Source: Candidatus Omnitrophota bacterium (GTDB taxonomy: Bacteria > Omnitrophota > Gorgyraeia > Pluralincolimonadales > Pluralincolimonadaceae). From it: DNA of 64,000 nt. Below the pieces are notes generated by a model. The model saw nothing but the letters and a program-made list of their open reading frames with translations, did not search any database and was not told the origin of the DNA. Each line of letters starts with the position of its first letter. Within the stretch, counting starts at the first letter, position 1. Shown here in pieces: positions 1 through 7,542 of the stretch. The stretch lies in contig JAQUPL010000001.1 in NCBI GenBank assembly GCA_028716565.1, positions 19,545 to 83,544 of the forward strand, in the 5' to 3' direction. The position numbers and the translations under genes are program-made.

Positions 1-2
1 GG

Positions 3-105
3 AAGCCTTCGGAGAAGAAAGAGGTATATGACAACCAGCTCCAGACCGCAGTGGACGCGATAAAGACGATGAGGATATACAAGTCCTCCGTTGTTAAAAA
101 ATGAG
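3..105 (+). CDS. 3' end of an upstream CDS running off the window start (C-terminus ...IKTMRIYKSSVVKK); product unknown
   Basis: Frame 3 is open from the window edge to TGA at 103-105. It overlaps the next ATG by 4 nt (ATGA), typical of operon coupling. No recognisable motif. Confidence 0.3.
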
Positions 106-1282
106 CAGGATAAACATCCGCAATATTATAGTTGTCATAGCGGCGGTTATATGCGCTGCTTTCCTGTTCAATGCGGCCAGGGACCTGTTTCACGACAGGA
201 CTATCGAGCGCATCCTGAATGCCGAACTCGCCGCCGGGAAGGTCTCCAACAAGGACATGGTCGGCAAAGTAAAACATGTCTACCTCGAAAAGAGATACTG
301 GGTCCCGGATTCTTTCTCCTTCGATGATTTCGAAAGGCGTCTCGGTAAGTCACTCGACAAGGCCGGGTTTAAATTATTGCCGGTCTCGAGGACGGTAAAA
401 GAGAGCGCGGTAAAGGCCGCAGTCCCCGGAGGGAGCAGGGCCCCGGCGGGGGCCAAGAAAGAATTAAGGGAAGAGGCGTCTTTCCTGATCGCGGAACGCC
501 CGTCGAGCAACCCCGTATTCCGCCTGACGCTTATCCACAGGGTTCCGGCCATCCCGGCGCCGCCGGCTCCGAAACCCCCGGTCATCCCTGCGCCCCCTGG
601 AGTAAAACCGTCCCCGGTAACTCCGCGTCCGAAGCTGGCTATAGTGCTGGACGACTGGGGATACAACACGAAAAATCTCGACACTCTTCTGCAATTGGAC
701 ATGCCTCTGACGGTTTCGGTCCTGCCCGACCTGCCGTATTCTACGCTCATCGCGCAAAAAGCGAAAGAGCGCGGCTTCGAGGTGATCCTGCACATGCCCA
801 TGGAACCTAAGGCCAAGATGAGGCTTGAGCTGATGACGCTTCGCACCGACATGAGCGAAAAAGAGATACAGGCCGGGTTTTCCAAGGCGCTGCAGACAGT
901 CCCCGGCGCGGACGGGGTCAATAATCACGAGGGATCCAAGGCTACCGAGGACCGTAAGTTCATGAGGGTAGTGTTCGGCGAACTTAAAAAGAATAACATG
1001 TTCTTCCTCGACAGCCTCGTTACGAACTATTCCGCTTGCGAGCGGGTCGCGAAAGAGACTGGCGTGAGGTTCGTCAAGAGGTCGGTATTCCTCGATAACG
1101 AGAGCGATCCCGCCTATATAAAAAAGCAGGTCGAAAAGGCGATGGCCCTCGCGATAAAGAGCGGCGCCGCGGTAGCGATCGGGCACGACCGCCCTAACAC
1201 CATAGCCGTTCTGAAAGAGATGATACCGGTCATCGCGAGCAAGGGCATAGAGATGGTATACGTATCGAATTTGGCGAGGTAA
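101..1282 (+). CDS. divergent polysaccharide deacetylase (YibQ/DUF610 family) with N-terminal TM helix and Pro-rich linker
   Basis: 393-aa ORF with an N-terminal hydrophobic segment (IIVVIAAVICAAFLF) and a PAPPAPKPPVIPAPPG linker. The C-terminal half (LAIVLDDWGYN...ILHMPMEP...GVNNHEGS...IGHDRPNT) matches the YibQ-type divergent polysaccharide deacetylase fold. Confidence 0.7.
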   Translation: MSRINIRNIIVVIAAVICAAFLFNAARDLFHDRTIERILNAELAAGKVSNKDMVGKVKHVYLEKRYWVPDSFSFDDFERRLGKSLDKAGFKLLPVSRTVKESAVKAAVPGGSRAPAGAKKELREEASFLIAERPSSNPVFRLTLIHRVPAIPAPPAPKPPVIPAPPGVKPSPVTPRPKLAIVLDDWGYNTKNLDTLLQLDMPLTVSVLPDLPYSTLIAQKAKERGFEVILHMPMEPKAKMRLELMTLRTDMSEKEIQAGFSKALQTVPGADGVNNHEGSKATEDRKFMRVVFGELKKNNMFFLDSLVTNYSACERVAKETGVRFVKRSVFLDNESDPAYIKKQVEKAMALAIKSGAAVAIGHDRPNTIAVLKEMIPVIASKGIEMVYVSNLAR

Positions 1283-1287
1283 GGATA

Positions 1288-2283
1288 ATGCTTGTCCTCG
1301 GCATCGAGACATCTTGCGATGAGACGGGTGCCGGCGTGGTAAAGGACGGCAACAGAGTGCTCTCCGACGCGGTAGCTTCTTCTCTCGAATTCCATAAGAG
1401 ATACGGCGGTGTAGTACCGGAGATAGCCACGCGCTACCATCTGGAAGTCATCGATTATGTGGTGAAGGATTCGCTCAGATCGGCCGGCAAAACGTTGAAA
1501 GATATCGATCTCGTCGCGGTGACACAGGGGCCGGGACTGGTCGGCGCGCTCCTTGTCGGGATATCGTTCGCAAAATCCCTCAGTTATTCCCTCGGTATAC
1601 CGGTCGTAGGCGTAAACCATCTCTGGGCGCATATCTACTCAGGGCTCATCGGCCGCACCAAGGTCAAATTCCCGATCATGGGCCTTGTCGTTTCCGGAGG
1701 CCATACCAGCCTCGTCCTTTGCGAAGATATAGGAAAATTCAGGTTGCTCGGCCAGACGAGGGACGACGCGGTGGGCGAGGCGTTCGACAAGGTCGCAAAG
1801 ATACTAGGGCTTGGTTATCCGGGCGGGCCGGCGATCGAAAAGGCGGCGCTCCGCGGCGACCCGGACGCAGTCAGGTTTACTTACCCATATATGGGCGATG
1901 ATTCATACGATTTTAGTTTCAGCGGGATGAAAACTGCGGTATTATATCATGTGAAGGGCCGGAAGCTTACCGCTGCAATGAAAGCGGATATCGCGGCGAG
2001 TTTCCAGAAGGCCGCTGTCGGAGCGATCGTCGAAAAAGCCGTATCGGCCTGCGCGGAAAAAAAGATAGGCTGCCTGGTCGTAGGCGGAGGTGTGAGCGCC
2101 AACAGGATATTAAGGGACAAACTTACCGGCGCCGGCGAAAGGAACGGGATAGAAGTCATATTCCCGCCGATGCGGCTTTCGCTCGATAATGGCGCGATGA
2201 TCGCCTCAACGGGTTACCTTTTATTCAAGAACGGGAAGAGGTCGGGACTATCCCTGACCGCTGAACCGGATCTCGGGATCTAG
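1288..2283 (+). CDS. tsaD: tRNA N6-adenosine threonylcarbamoyltransferase TsaD (Kae1/Gcp family)
   Basis: N-terminus MLVLGIETSCDETGAGVV, a HxxH-like metal site (VNHLWAHIY), GVSAN and FPPMRLSLDNGAMIA motifs. About 331 aa, typical of TsaD. Confidence 0.92.
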   Translation: MLVLGIETSCDETGAGVVKDGNRVLSDAVASSLEFHKRYGGVVPEIATRYHLEVIDYVVKDSLRSAGKTLKDIDLVAVTQGPGLVGALLVGISFAKSLSYSLGIPVVGVNHLWAHIYSGLIGRTKVKFPIMGLVVSGGHTSLVLCEDIGKFRLLGQTRDDAVGEAFDKVAKILGLGYPGGPAIEKAALRGDPDAVRFTYPYMGDDSYDFSFSGMKTAVLYHVKGRKLTAAMKADIAASFQKAAVGAIVEKAVSACAEKKIGCLVVGGGVSANRILRDKLTGAGERNGIEVIFPPMRLSLDNGAMIASTGYLLFKNGKRSGLSLTAEPDLGI

Positions 2284-2299
2284 CTAGAAGGAGAGAGCG

Positions 2300-2983
2300 A
2301 TGGGACTTAGCGAATATGATATGATAATCAGGCTGTGCCTGGCCGCGATATTAAGCGGGTTTATAGGATACGAGCGCGAGGTCCACGGGAGGCTGGCCGG
2401 CCTGAGGACACATATCCTCGTAGGTATCGGCTCGACCCTCATAATGCTTACTTCGATGCATATATTTGATATATACAGGGGAGTGGCGACCCCCGACCCT
2501 GCCCGCATCGCGGCGCAGGTCGTTAGCGGTATAGGTTTTCTCGGAGCCGGCACGATAATAAGGTTTAAGGCCTCGGTCCGCGGCCTTACGACCGCGGCAA
2601 GCCTCTGGACCGTCGCGGGCCTCGGCCTCGCGGTCGGCGCGGGCTTATTTATAGCGGCTACCGTTACGACGATCCTGGCGTTAGTGGCCCTCTTCTTCCT
2701 TAACAGGCTGGAGAGGGTAATGATAAGGAGGGATTGGTATAAGTTCCTCGAGATAGACACAAAGGCCGGCGCCTCTCAGCTCCAGGAGATACGGTCGGTC
2801 CTTTCCGAGTATGACGCGGAGATAAAAGATTTCGACGTGAAAAGATCCTCGTCTTCCGAGGACCTCATCATAAAGATCAATGTCAAGCTTTTGACCAACG
2901 AATTCGATAGCGAGATATTGTCCAAGATTCGCGAACTGGACGGGGTCAAGAGAGCGGGTTGGTCGTCGTCGGTCGATTCATAA
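2300..2983 (+). CDS. mgtC: MgtC/SapB family membrane protein with C-terminal ACT-like domain
   Basis: The MgtC signature (LAAILSGFIGYEREVHGRLAGLRTHILVGIGSTLIM...GIGFLGAGTII) is followed by a soluble C-terminal domain. Confidence 0.8.
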   Translation: MGLSEYDMIIRLCLAAILSGFIGYEREVHGRLAGLRTHILVGIGSTLIMLTSMHIFDIYRGVATPDPARIAAQVVSGIGFLGAGTIIRFKASVRGLTTAASLWTVAGLGLAVGAGLFIAATVTTILALVALFFLNRLERVMIRRDWYKFLEIDTKAGASQLQEIRSVLSEYDAEIKDFDVKRSSSSEDLIIKINVKLLTNEFDSEILSKIRELDGVKRAGWSSSVDS

Positions 2984-3005
2984 AAGCACGAGAGGGGGTG
3001 TCAAG

Positions 3006-3539
3006 ATGCTCGGCAAAGGAAGGAAAGCGGAAGAGAAGGTATTGGATGTCGATGCCAGCATGCAGGGAACGATGTCTTTCAAGGACCCGGTGAATTTGCA
3101 GATAAACGGGAGGTTTGAAGGCACGCTTGACACGAAGGGAACGCTTACCATCGGAGAGAAGGCATTCGTAAGCGCGAACATAGTCGGAGACGAGATAACC
3201 ATTGCGGGCAGGGTGACCGGCGAAGTGGTCGCGAAAAAATCCCTTAAGCTCATCTCCCCGGCGCGCGTCGACGGGAACATAAAGACGCCGCTCCTGGAGA
3301 TAAGCAAGGGAGCCGTCCTGAACGGCAATTGCCAGATGGTCTCCGGAGGAAGGGCCTCGTCGCAGGCTGCGGCCGAATTGATGGAAGTGGAGGAGGTCGC
3401 CAGGTACCTCGAGGTCGATTCGTCGGTGGTCAGGGATTGGGCGGTCAGCGGAAAATTGCCCGCGATAAGGGAAGGTGACAGGCTGCATTTTGATAAAACC
3501 AAGATAGATGAGTGGATCGCATCGGAACGAATTAAATAA
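3006..3539 (+). CDS. bactofilin-domain protein fused to a C-terminal excisionase/MerR-type helix-turn-helix (HTH_17-like) domain
   Basis: Bactofilin beta-helix repeats (INGRFEGTLDTKGTLTIGEKAFVSANIVGDEITIAGRVTGEVVAKKSLKLISPARVDGNIKTPLLEISKGAVLNGN). The C-terminus (EVEEVARYLEVDSSVVRDWAVSGKLPAIREGDRLHFDKTKIDEWI) matches excisionase-family HTH DNA-binding domains. Confidence 0.65.
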   Translation: MLGKGRKAEEKVLDVDASMQGTMSFKDPVNLQINGRFEGTLDTKGTLTIGEKAFVSANIVGDEITIAGRVTGEVVAKKSLKLISPARVDGNIKTPLLEISKGAVLNGNCQMVSGGRASSQAAAELMEVEEVARYLEVDSSVVRDWAVSGKLPAIREGDRLHFDKTKIDEWIASERIK

Positions 3540-3903
3540 GGCATTCAACGCTCCGGCCGAACAGGAGAAGCTTATAAGCCTCCATGACGCCGCGGATATC
3601 CTTGAGTTGAGCGAGGAGGAACTGCGGCGTTTCGTCGCCGAAGGGAAGATCCCCGCTTACAGGATCGGCGGCGAATACCTGAGGTTCAGGAAGAGCCAAG
3701 TCGAGGCCTTGCGCAGCAGGATACGCATACTGAAGCACCAGTCGGTCCCGATACTCGACATCAGGCCGGCGCAGAGGGAAGAGAAGAAGGCCGGGTACTC
3801 GATATTCGACAGGATAAGGGATTTCGTATATTTTAACGATTTCTATATCCTCGCGTTCATTTTGATCGTCCTTTTAGTGGCGTTCATTCTCCTGAGAAGA
3901 TAG
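3508..3903 (+). CDS. excisionase-type HTH (HTH_17-like) protein with C-terminal transmembrane anchor
   Basis: LISLHDAADILELSEEELRRFVAEGKIPAYRIGGEYLRFRKSQVEAL is an HTH_17-like motif. The C-terminus (FYILAFILIVLLVAFILL) is a predicted TM helix. The ATG at 3508 overlaps the preceding gene by 32 nt, so the true start is uncertain. Confidence 0.5.
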   Translation: MSGSHRNELNKAFNAPAEQEKLISLHDAADILELSEEELRRFVAEGKIPAYRIGGEYLRFRKSQVEALRSRIRILKHQSVPILDIRPAQREEKKAGYSIFDRIRDFVYFNDFYILAFILIVLLVAFILLRR

Positions 3904-3908
3904 GCATC

Positions 3909-4658
3909 ATGGATTATTCCAGGCGTTCAATAAAAAAAGTACTCTCTCATCTTAAAGACGGCAGGATCTCCCGGGGGGCGGCTTTCAAGAAGTTCGAGCA
4001 TTTTCCTTTTCACGACATGGGTTTTGCCAAGATAGATTTCCACCGCGCCATCCGCAAAGGTTTCCCCGAAGTCATATTCGCGCCCGGCAAGAAAGACCGC
4101 GATATCGCCGAGATAGCGAAACGTATCATCGCCAGCGGGAATACGCTCCTTATCACCAAGGCCTCACCGGAATTATACGGGTATCTTCGTATCTCCATAC
4201 CCGTCCTGAAGTTCAACGAGGACGCGAGGATGATATATTACGCGAGGAAGCGGCCGCGGCTCAAAAAGAGCGAGGTGCTTATCGTGACCGCCGGCACATC
4301 GGATATTCCCGTCGCCGAGGAGGCGGTGTTGACGCTTGAACTCCTCGGGAACCGCGTTGGGAAGCTTTACGATGTCGGGGTCGCGGGCATACACAGGGTG
4401 GTCGGCAATATCCCGCTCCTGAAGAAGGCTAAGGTCATAATAGTCGTAGCCGGGATGGAGGGGGCGCTGGCCTCGATAGTCGGCGGGCTTGTCGCCTGCC
4501 CGGTCATAGCCGTGCCGACGTCGGTGGGATACGGCGCTTCGTTCGGCGGGCTGTCGTCGCTATTAACGATGCTGAACTCGTGCGCGCCCGGTGTGTGCGT
4601 GATGAATATCGATAACGGTTTCGGCGCCGGATATTTCGCGGGGCTTATAAATAAATGA
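3909..4658 (+). CDS. larB: nickel-pincer cofactor biosynthesis protein LarB (PurE-like nicotinic acid adenine dinucleotide carboxylase/hydrolase)
   Basis: PurE-like C-terminal domain (VLIVTAGTSDIPVAEEA...VVAGMEGALASIVGGLVACPVIAVPTSVGYG) with an N-terminal extension of about 100 aa, as in LarB. It is immediately upstream of larC, overlapping by 4 nt. Confidence 0.8.
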   Translation: MDYSRRSIKKVLSHLKDGRISRGAAFKKFEHFPFHDMGFAKIDFHRAIRKGFPEVIFAPGKKDRDIAEIAKRIIASGNTLLITKASPELYGYLRISIPVLKFNEDARMIYYARKRPRLKKSEVLIVTAGTSDIPVAEEAVLTLELLGNRVGKLYDVGVAGIHRVVGNIPLLKKAKVIIVVAGMEGALASIVGGLVACPVIAVPTSVGYGASFGGLSSLLTMLNSCAPGVCVMNIDNGFGAGYFAGLINK

Positions 4659-5839
4659 CCCATCACAAAAAAATATTATACCTTGATTGCCCGAGCGGGA
4701 TAAGCGGCGATATGTTCCTGGGGTCGCTCATAGATTGCGGCCTCGATATCAGGCGCCTCGCCTCGCAGCTGCGCAAGATTAAGATAGGCGTATATAAATT
4801 GGCGGCGCGCAAAGTCTCTCGCGCCGGCGTATCAGGCGTCAAATTCGACGTCATATATAAAAAGCACCGTGGGCACGAGCATACTGATGACAAGACATTC
4901 AAGGGCATCGCGAAGGCGATAAATTCATCAGGCCTCTCAAGCCGGGTCAAAGAAACATCCGTCGCGGTATTTACCAATCTCGCGAAAGCGGAGAGCAGGG
5001 CCCACGGGATCCCGGTTGGGAAGGTGCATTTCCACGAGGTCGGAGATATAGATTCCGTCGTGGATATAGTCGGCGCCTGCGTCGCTCTGGAGGAGATGGG
5101 AATAGATGAGGTTTATTCTTCGCGCCTCACTGTCGCCAATCCCGCTCCGGCGACCGCTTACCTGTTGCAGGGGATAGATATCTCCGTCGCCGTCTCGCCT
5201 TTTGAATTGGCCACACCCACAGGCGCCGCGCTCCTTAAGACATTTTCAAGATCACAGATCGATATACCGGCAATGAAGGTCCTCCGGGCCGGGTTCGGCG
5301 CCGGAAGCCGCGAGATCCCGGGCCGGCCGAACCTGCTCAAGGCGATAATAGGCGAGAGAAGGACAAACGGCGATGCGGATATCGTCACGGTATTGGAGAC
5401 CAACATCGATGATATGAACACCCAGGTCTACGGGTATCTTATCGACAGGCTCTTTGAGGCGGGGGCGCTGGATGTTTATATCACGCCTGCGATAATGAAA
5501 AAATCGCGGCCCGCCTGCGTATTGACGGTCCTCTCCGGGCCCTCGACGGCCGGGGTTCTCTCGGGGATCATCTTCGAAGAGACGTCCACATTCGGCATCA
5601 GGCGGCATAACGCCGAACGGCTGAAACTTGAACGTAAAATAGTTGAAGTAAAGACAAAATATGGTAATATAAAGGTGAAGGCGGGCTTCTACAAGGACTC
5701 GCTTAATATCTGTTCTCCGGAATACGAAGATTGCAAAAGGATCGCGGGGCTCAAAAAGGTTCCTTTTTCGGCCGTTAGGCGCGAGGCCGAGGCCGCAGCG
5801 CGCAGGAACATAAAAGGGGAGAAGCGGGGATTTGCTTAA
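4655..5839 (+). CDS. larC: nickel insertion protein LarC (DUF111; pyridinium-3,5-bisthiocarboxylate mononucleotide nickel chelatase)
   Basis: The N-terminus KILYLDCPSGISGDMFLGSLIDCGLD is the characteristic LarC/DUF111 start. Length is 394 aa. Confidence 0.85.
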   Translation: MTHHKKILYLDCPSGISGDMFLGSLIDCGLDIRRLASQLRKIKIGVYKLAARKVSRAGVSGVKFDVIYKKHRGHEHTDDKTFKGIAKAINSSGLSSRVKETSVAVFTNLAKAESRAHGIPVGKVHFHEVGDIDSVVDIVGACVALEEMGIDEVYSSRLTVANPAPATAYLLQGIDISVAVSPFELATPTGAALLKTFSRSQIDIPAMKVLRAGFGAGSREIPGRPNLLKAIIGERRTNGDADIVTVLETNIDDMNTQVYGYLIDRLFEAGALDVYITPAIMKKSRPACVLTVLSGPSTAGVLSGIIFEETSTFGIRRHNAERLKLERKIVEVKTKYGNIKVKAGFYKDSLNICSPEYEDCKRIAGLKKVPFSAVRREAEAAARRNIKGEKRGFA

Positions 5840-7541
5840 TAAGAGCAGGCTCATAGCCGAATACGTCAGGTCCATAGGGATCCTGGAAGAATCCCAGGTC
5901 AAGAACGTCCTTAAGTCACAGGTCGAATCAGGCGGCCGTCTCTCCGACATCCTCACCGGAATAGGTTTTTTAAAGATAGAGCAGCTCAGGGACCTCATCG
6001 TGCAGGAATTCTCCCTCGCCCGTTCCCCGATCTTCGACATGGAGATACCATTCGATGTGCTCCAGAAGGTAAAACCGAACATCGCCTACCGGCACAGGAT
6101 GGTGCCTATTAAATACGCGGACGACGTGCTTACGGTCGCCACCGATGATCCCATAAATCTCCTCGCGCAGGATAATCTCGAAGACTTAACCGGGTGTAAA
6201 TTAAATTTTGTCCTGACCTCGGAGACCAATCTTTCGATCGCGCTAGAAAAACATTACGGGGGCAGCAAGAACATCCTCGATGCGGTCGCGCAGAAAAAGG
6301 ATTCGGAGATAGCGGTATCTTTCAAGGGAGCGGCCGGAGAGGTCGCCAAGGAAGAGGAGAAAGAGGAAGCCCCGATAATAAAACTGGTCACGCAGATAAT
6401 CGCCGAGGCCGTAAAGAACCGTGCCTCGGATATCCATGTCGAGCCGCTCGAAGATAAATTCCGCATACGGTACAGGATAGACGGCGTCTTGCACGAAGTG
6501 CCGGGCCCGCCCAAGCAGCTGCAGCCGTCTATCATAAGCCGCCTGAAGATCATGGCCGGTATGAATATAGCGGAGAAGAGGTTGCCCCAGGACGGCAGGA
6601 TAAGGATCCATGGCGCGGGAAAGGACCTCGACCTGCGTGTTTCCACGCTCCCTGCTCTTTATGGTGAAAGCGTGGTCATGAGGATCCTCGATAAATCGAG
6701 CTTCATGCTGGGCCTTAAGGAATTGGGATTTCTCCATGGGGACGCGGACACGTTTGAAAGGCTGATACATCTCCCTTACGGGATGTTGCTTATAACCGGT
6801 CCCACCGGCAGCGGCAAAACGACGACGTTATACGCCTCGCTTAGCTATATCAATAAGCCGAACAAAAAATTAATAACGATCGAGGACCCGGTCGAATACC
6901 AGATCTCAGGGATAAACCAGGTCCACGTCAAGCCTTCGATCGGCCTGACTTTCGCTTCCGGCCTCAGGACGATGCTGAGGCAGGCGCCCGACGTCATAAT
7001 GGTCGGCGAGATACGCGATTTCGAGACGGCGTCTATCGCGATACAGGCGGCCCTGACCGGGCATCTCCTCTTCAGCACGCTCCATACCAACGACGCTGCC
7101 GGCGCTTTTACGCGCCTGATAGATATGGGCGTAAAATCGTATCTGGTGAGCTCTACGGTGCAGGCGGTCATGGCCCAGCGCCTCGTCAGGAAGATCTGCG
7201 ACAACTGCAGGGAAAACTATCAACCGAGCCTAGAGGAATTATATGTGCTTGGTTACAAACAGGACGATCCGAAAGCAAGCGAGATAAAATTATGGCGCGG
7301 GCACGGCTGCAAGAACTGCAATTATACGGGCTACCGGGGAAGGATAGGCATTTTCGAGCTTCTTATCAATACCGACGAAATAAGGGAGATGATCATAAAG
7401 AGGCTGCCTTCTCCCGAGATCAGGGACGCGGCCCGGAAGCACGGCATGAAACTCCTGCGCGAGGACGGCCTCTCGAAAGCGCTGGAGGGCATAACCACTA
7501 TATCTGAGGTCGTGCGCATAACGCACGGTTACGAGGAATAA
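5832..7541 (+). CDS. gspE: type II secretion / type IV pilus assembly ATPase (GspE/PilB family), paralog 1
   Basis: T2SSE_N-like N-domain, Walker A GPTGSGKTTT, Asp box, Walker B DVIMVGEIRD, His box LTGHLLFSTLHTNDAAGA and a tetracysteine zinc motif (CDNC...CKNC). Apparent TTG start overlaps the larC end by 8 nt. Confidence 0.9.
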   Translation: MLNKSRLIAEYVRSIGILEESQVKNVLKSQVESGGRLSDILTGIGFLKIEQLRDLIVQEFSLARSPIFDMEIPFDVLQKVKPNIAYRHRMVPIKYADDVLTVATDDPINLLAQDNLEDLTGCKLNFVLTSETNLSIALEKHYGGSKNILDAVAQKKDSEIAVSFKGAAGEVAKEEEKEEAPIIKLVTQIIAEAVKNRASDIHVEPLEDKFRIRYRIDGVLHEVPGPPKQLQPSIISRLKIMAGMNIAEKRLPQDGRIRIHGAGKDLDLRVSTLPALYGESVVMRILDKSSFMLGLKELGFLHGDADTFERLIHLPYGMLLITGPTGSGKTTTLYASLSYINKPNKKLITIEDPVEYQISGINQVHVKPSIGLTFASGLRTMLRQAPDVIMVGEIRDFETASIAIQAALTGHLLFSTLHTNDAAGAFTRLIDMGVKSYLVSSTVQAVMAQRLVRKICDNCRENYQPSLEELYVLGYKQDDPKASEIKLWRGHGCKNCNYTGYRGRIGIFELLINTDEIREMIIKRLPSPEIRDAARKHGMKLLREDGLSKALEGITTISEVVRITHGYEE

Positions 7542-7542
7542 A

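Noticed and set aside
91-327. 78-aa TTG-initiated ORF overlapping the YibQ-like gene start
   Set aside because: Out of frame with the supported 393-aa gene, Arg/Gly/Cys-rich. Likely spurious.
3508-3539. 32-nt overlap between the bactofilin-HTH gene and the next HTH gene as possible evidence of a frameshifted single gene
   Set aside because: The two products have different domain logic (bactofilin+HTH versus HTH+TM) and the frames differ. It more likely reflects an uncertain downstream start than a pseudogene, but I cannot verify this.
3380-3903. Excisionase-type HTH domains as a sign of a prophage or integrative element
   Set aside because: There is no integrase, recombinase, phage structural gene, att-like repeat or flanking tRNA. 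The HTH is fused to a bactofilin, which is not a phage context.
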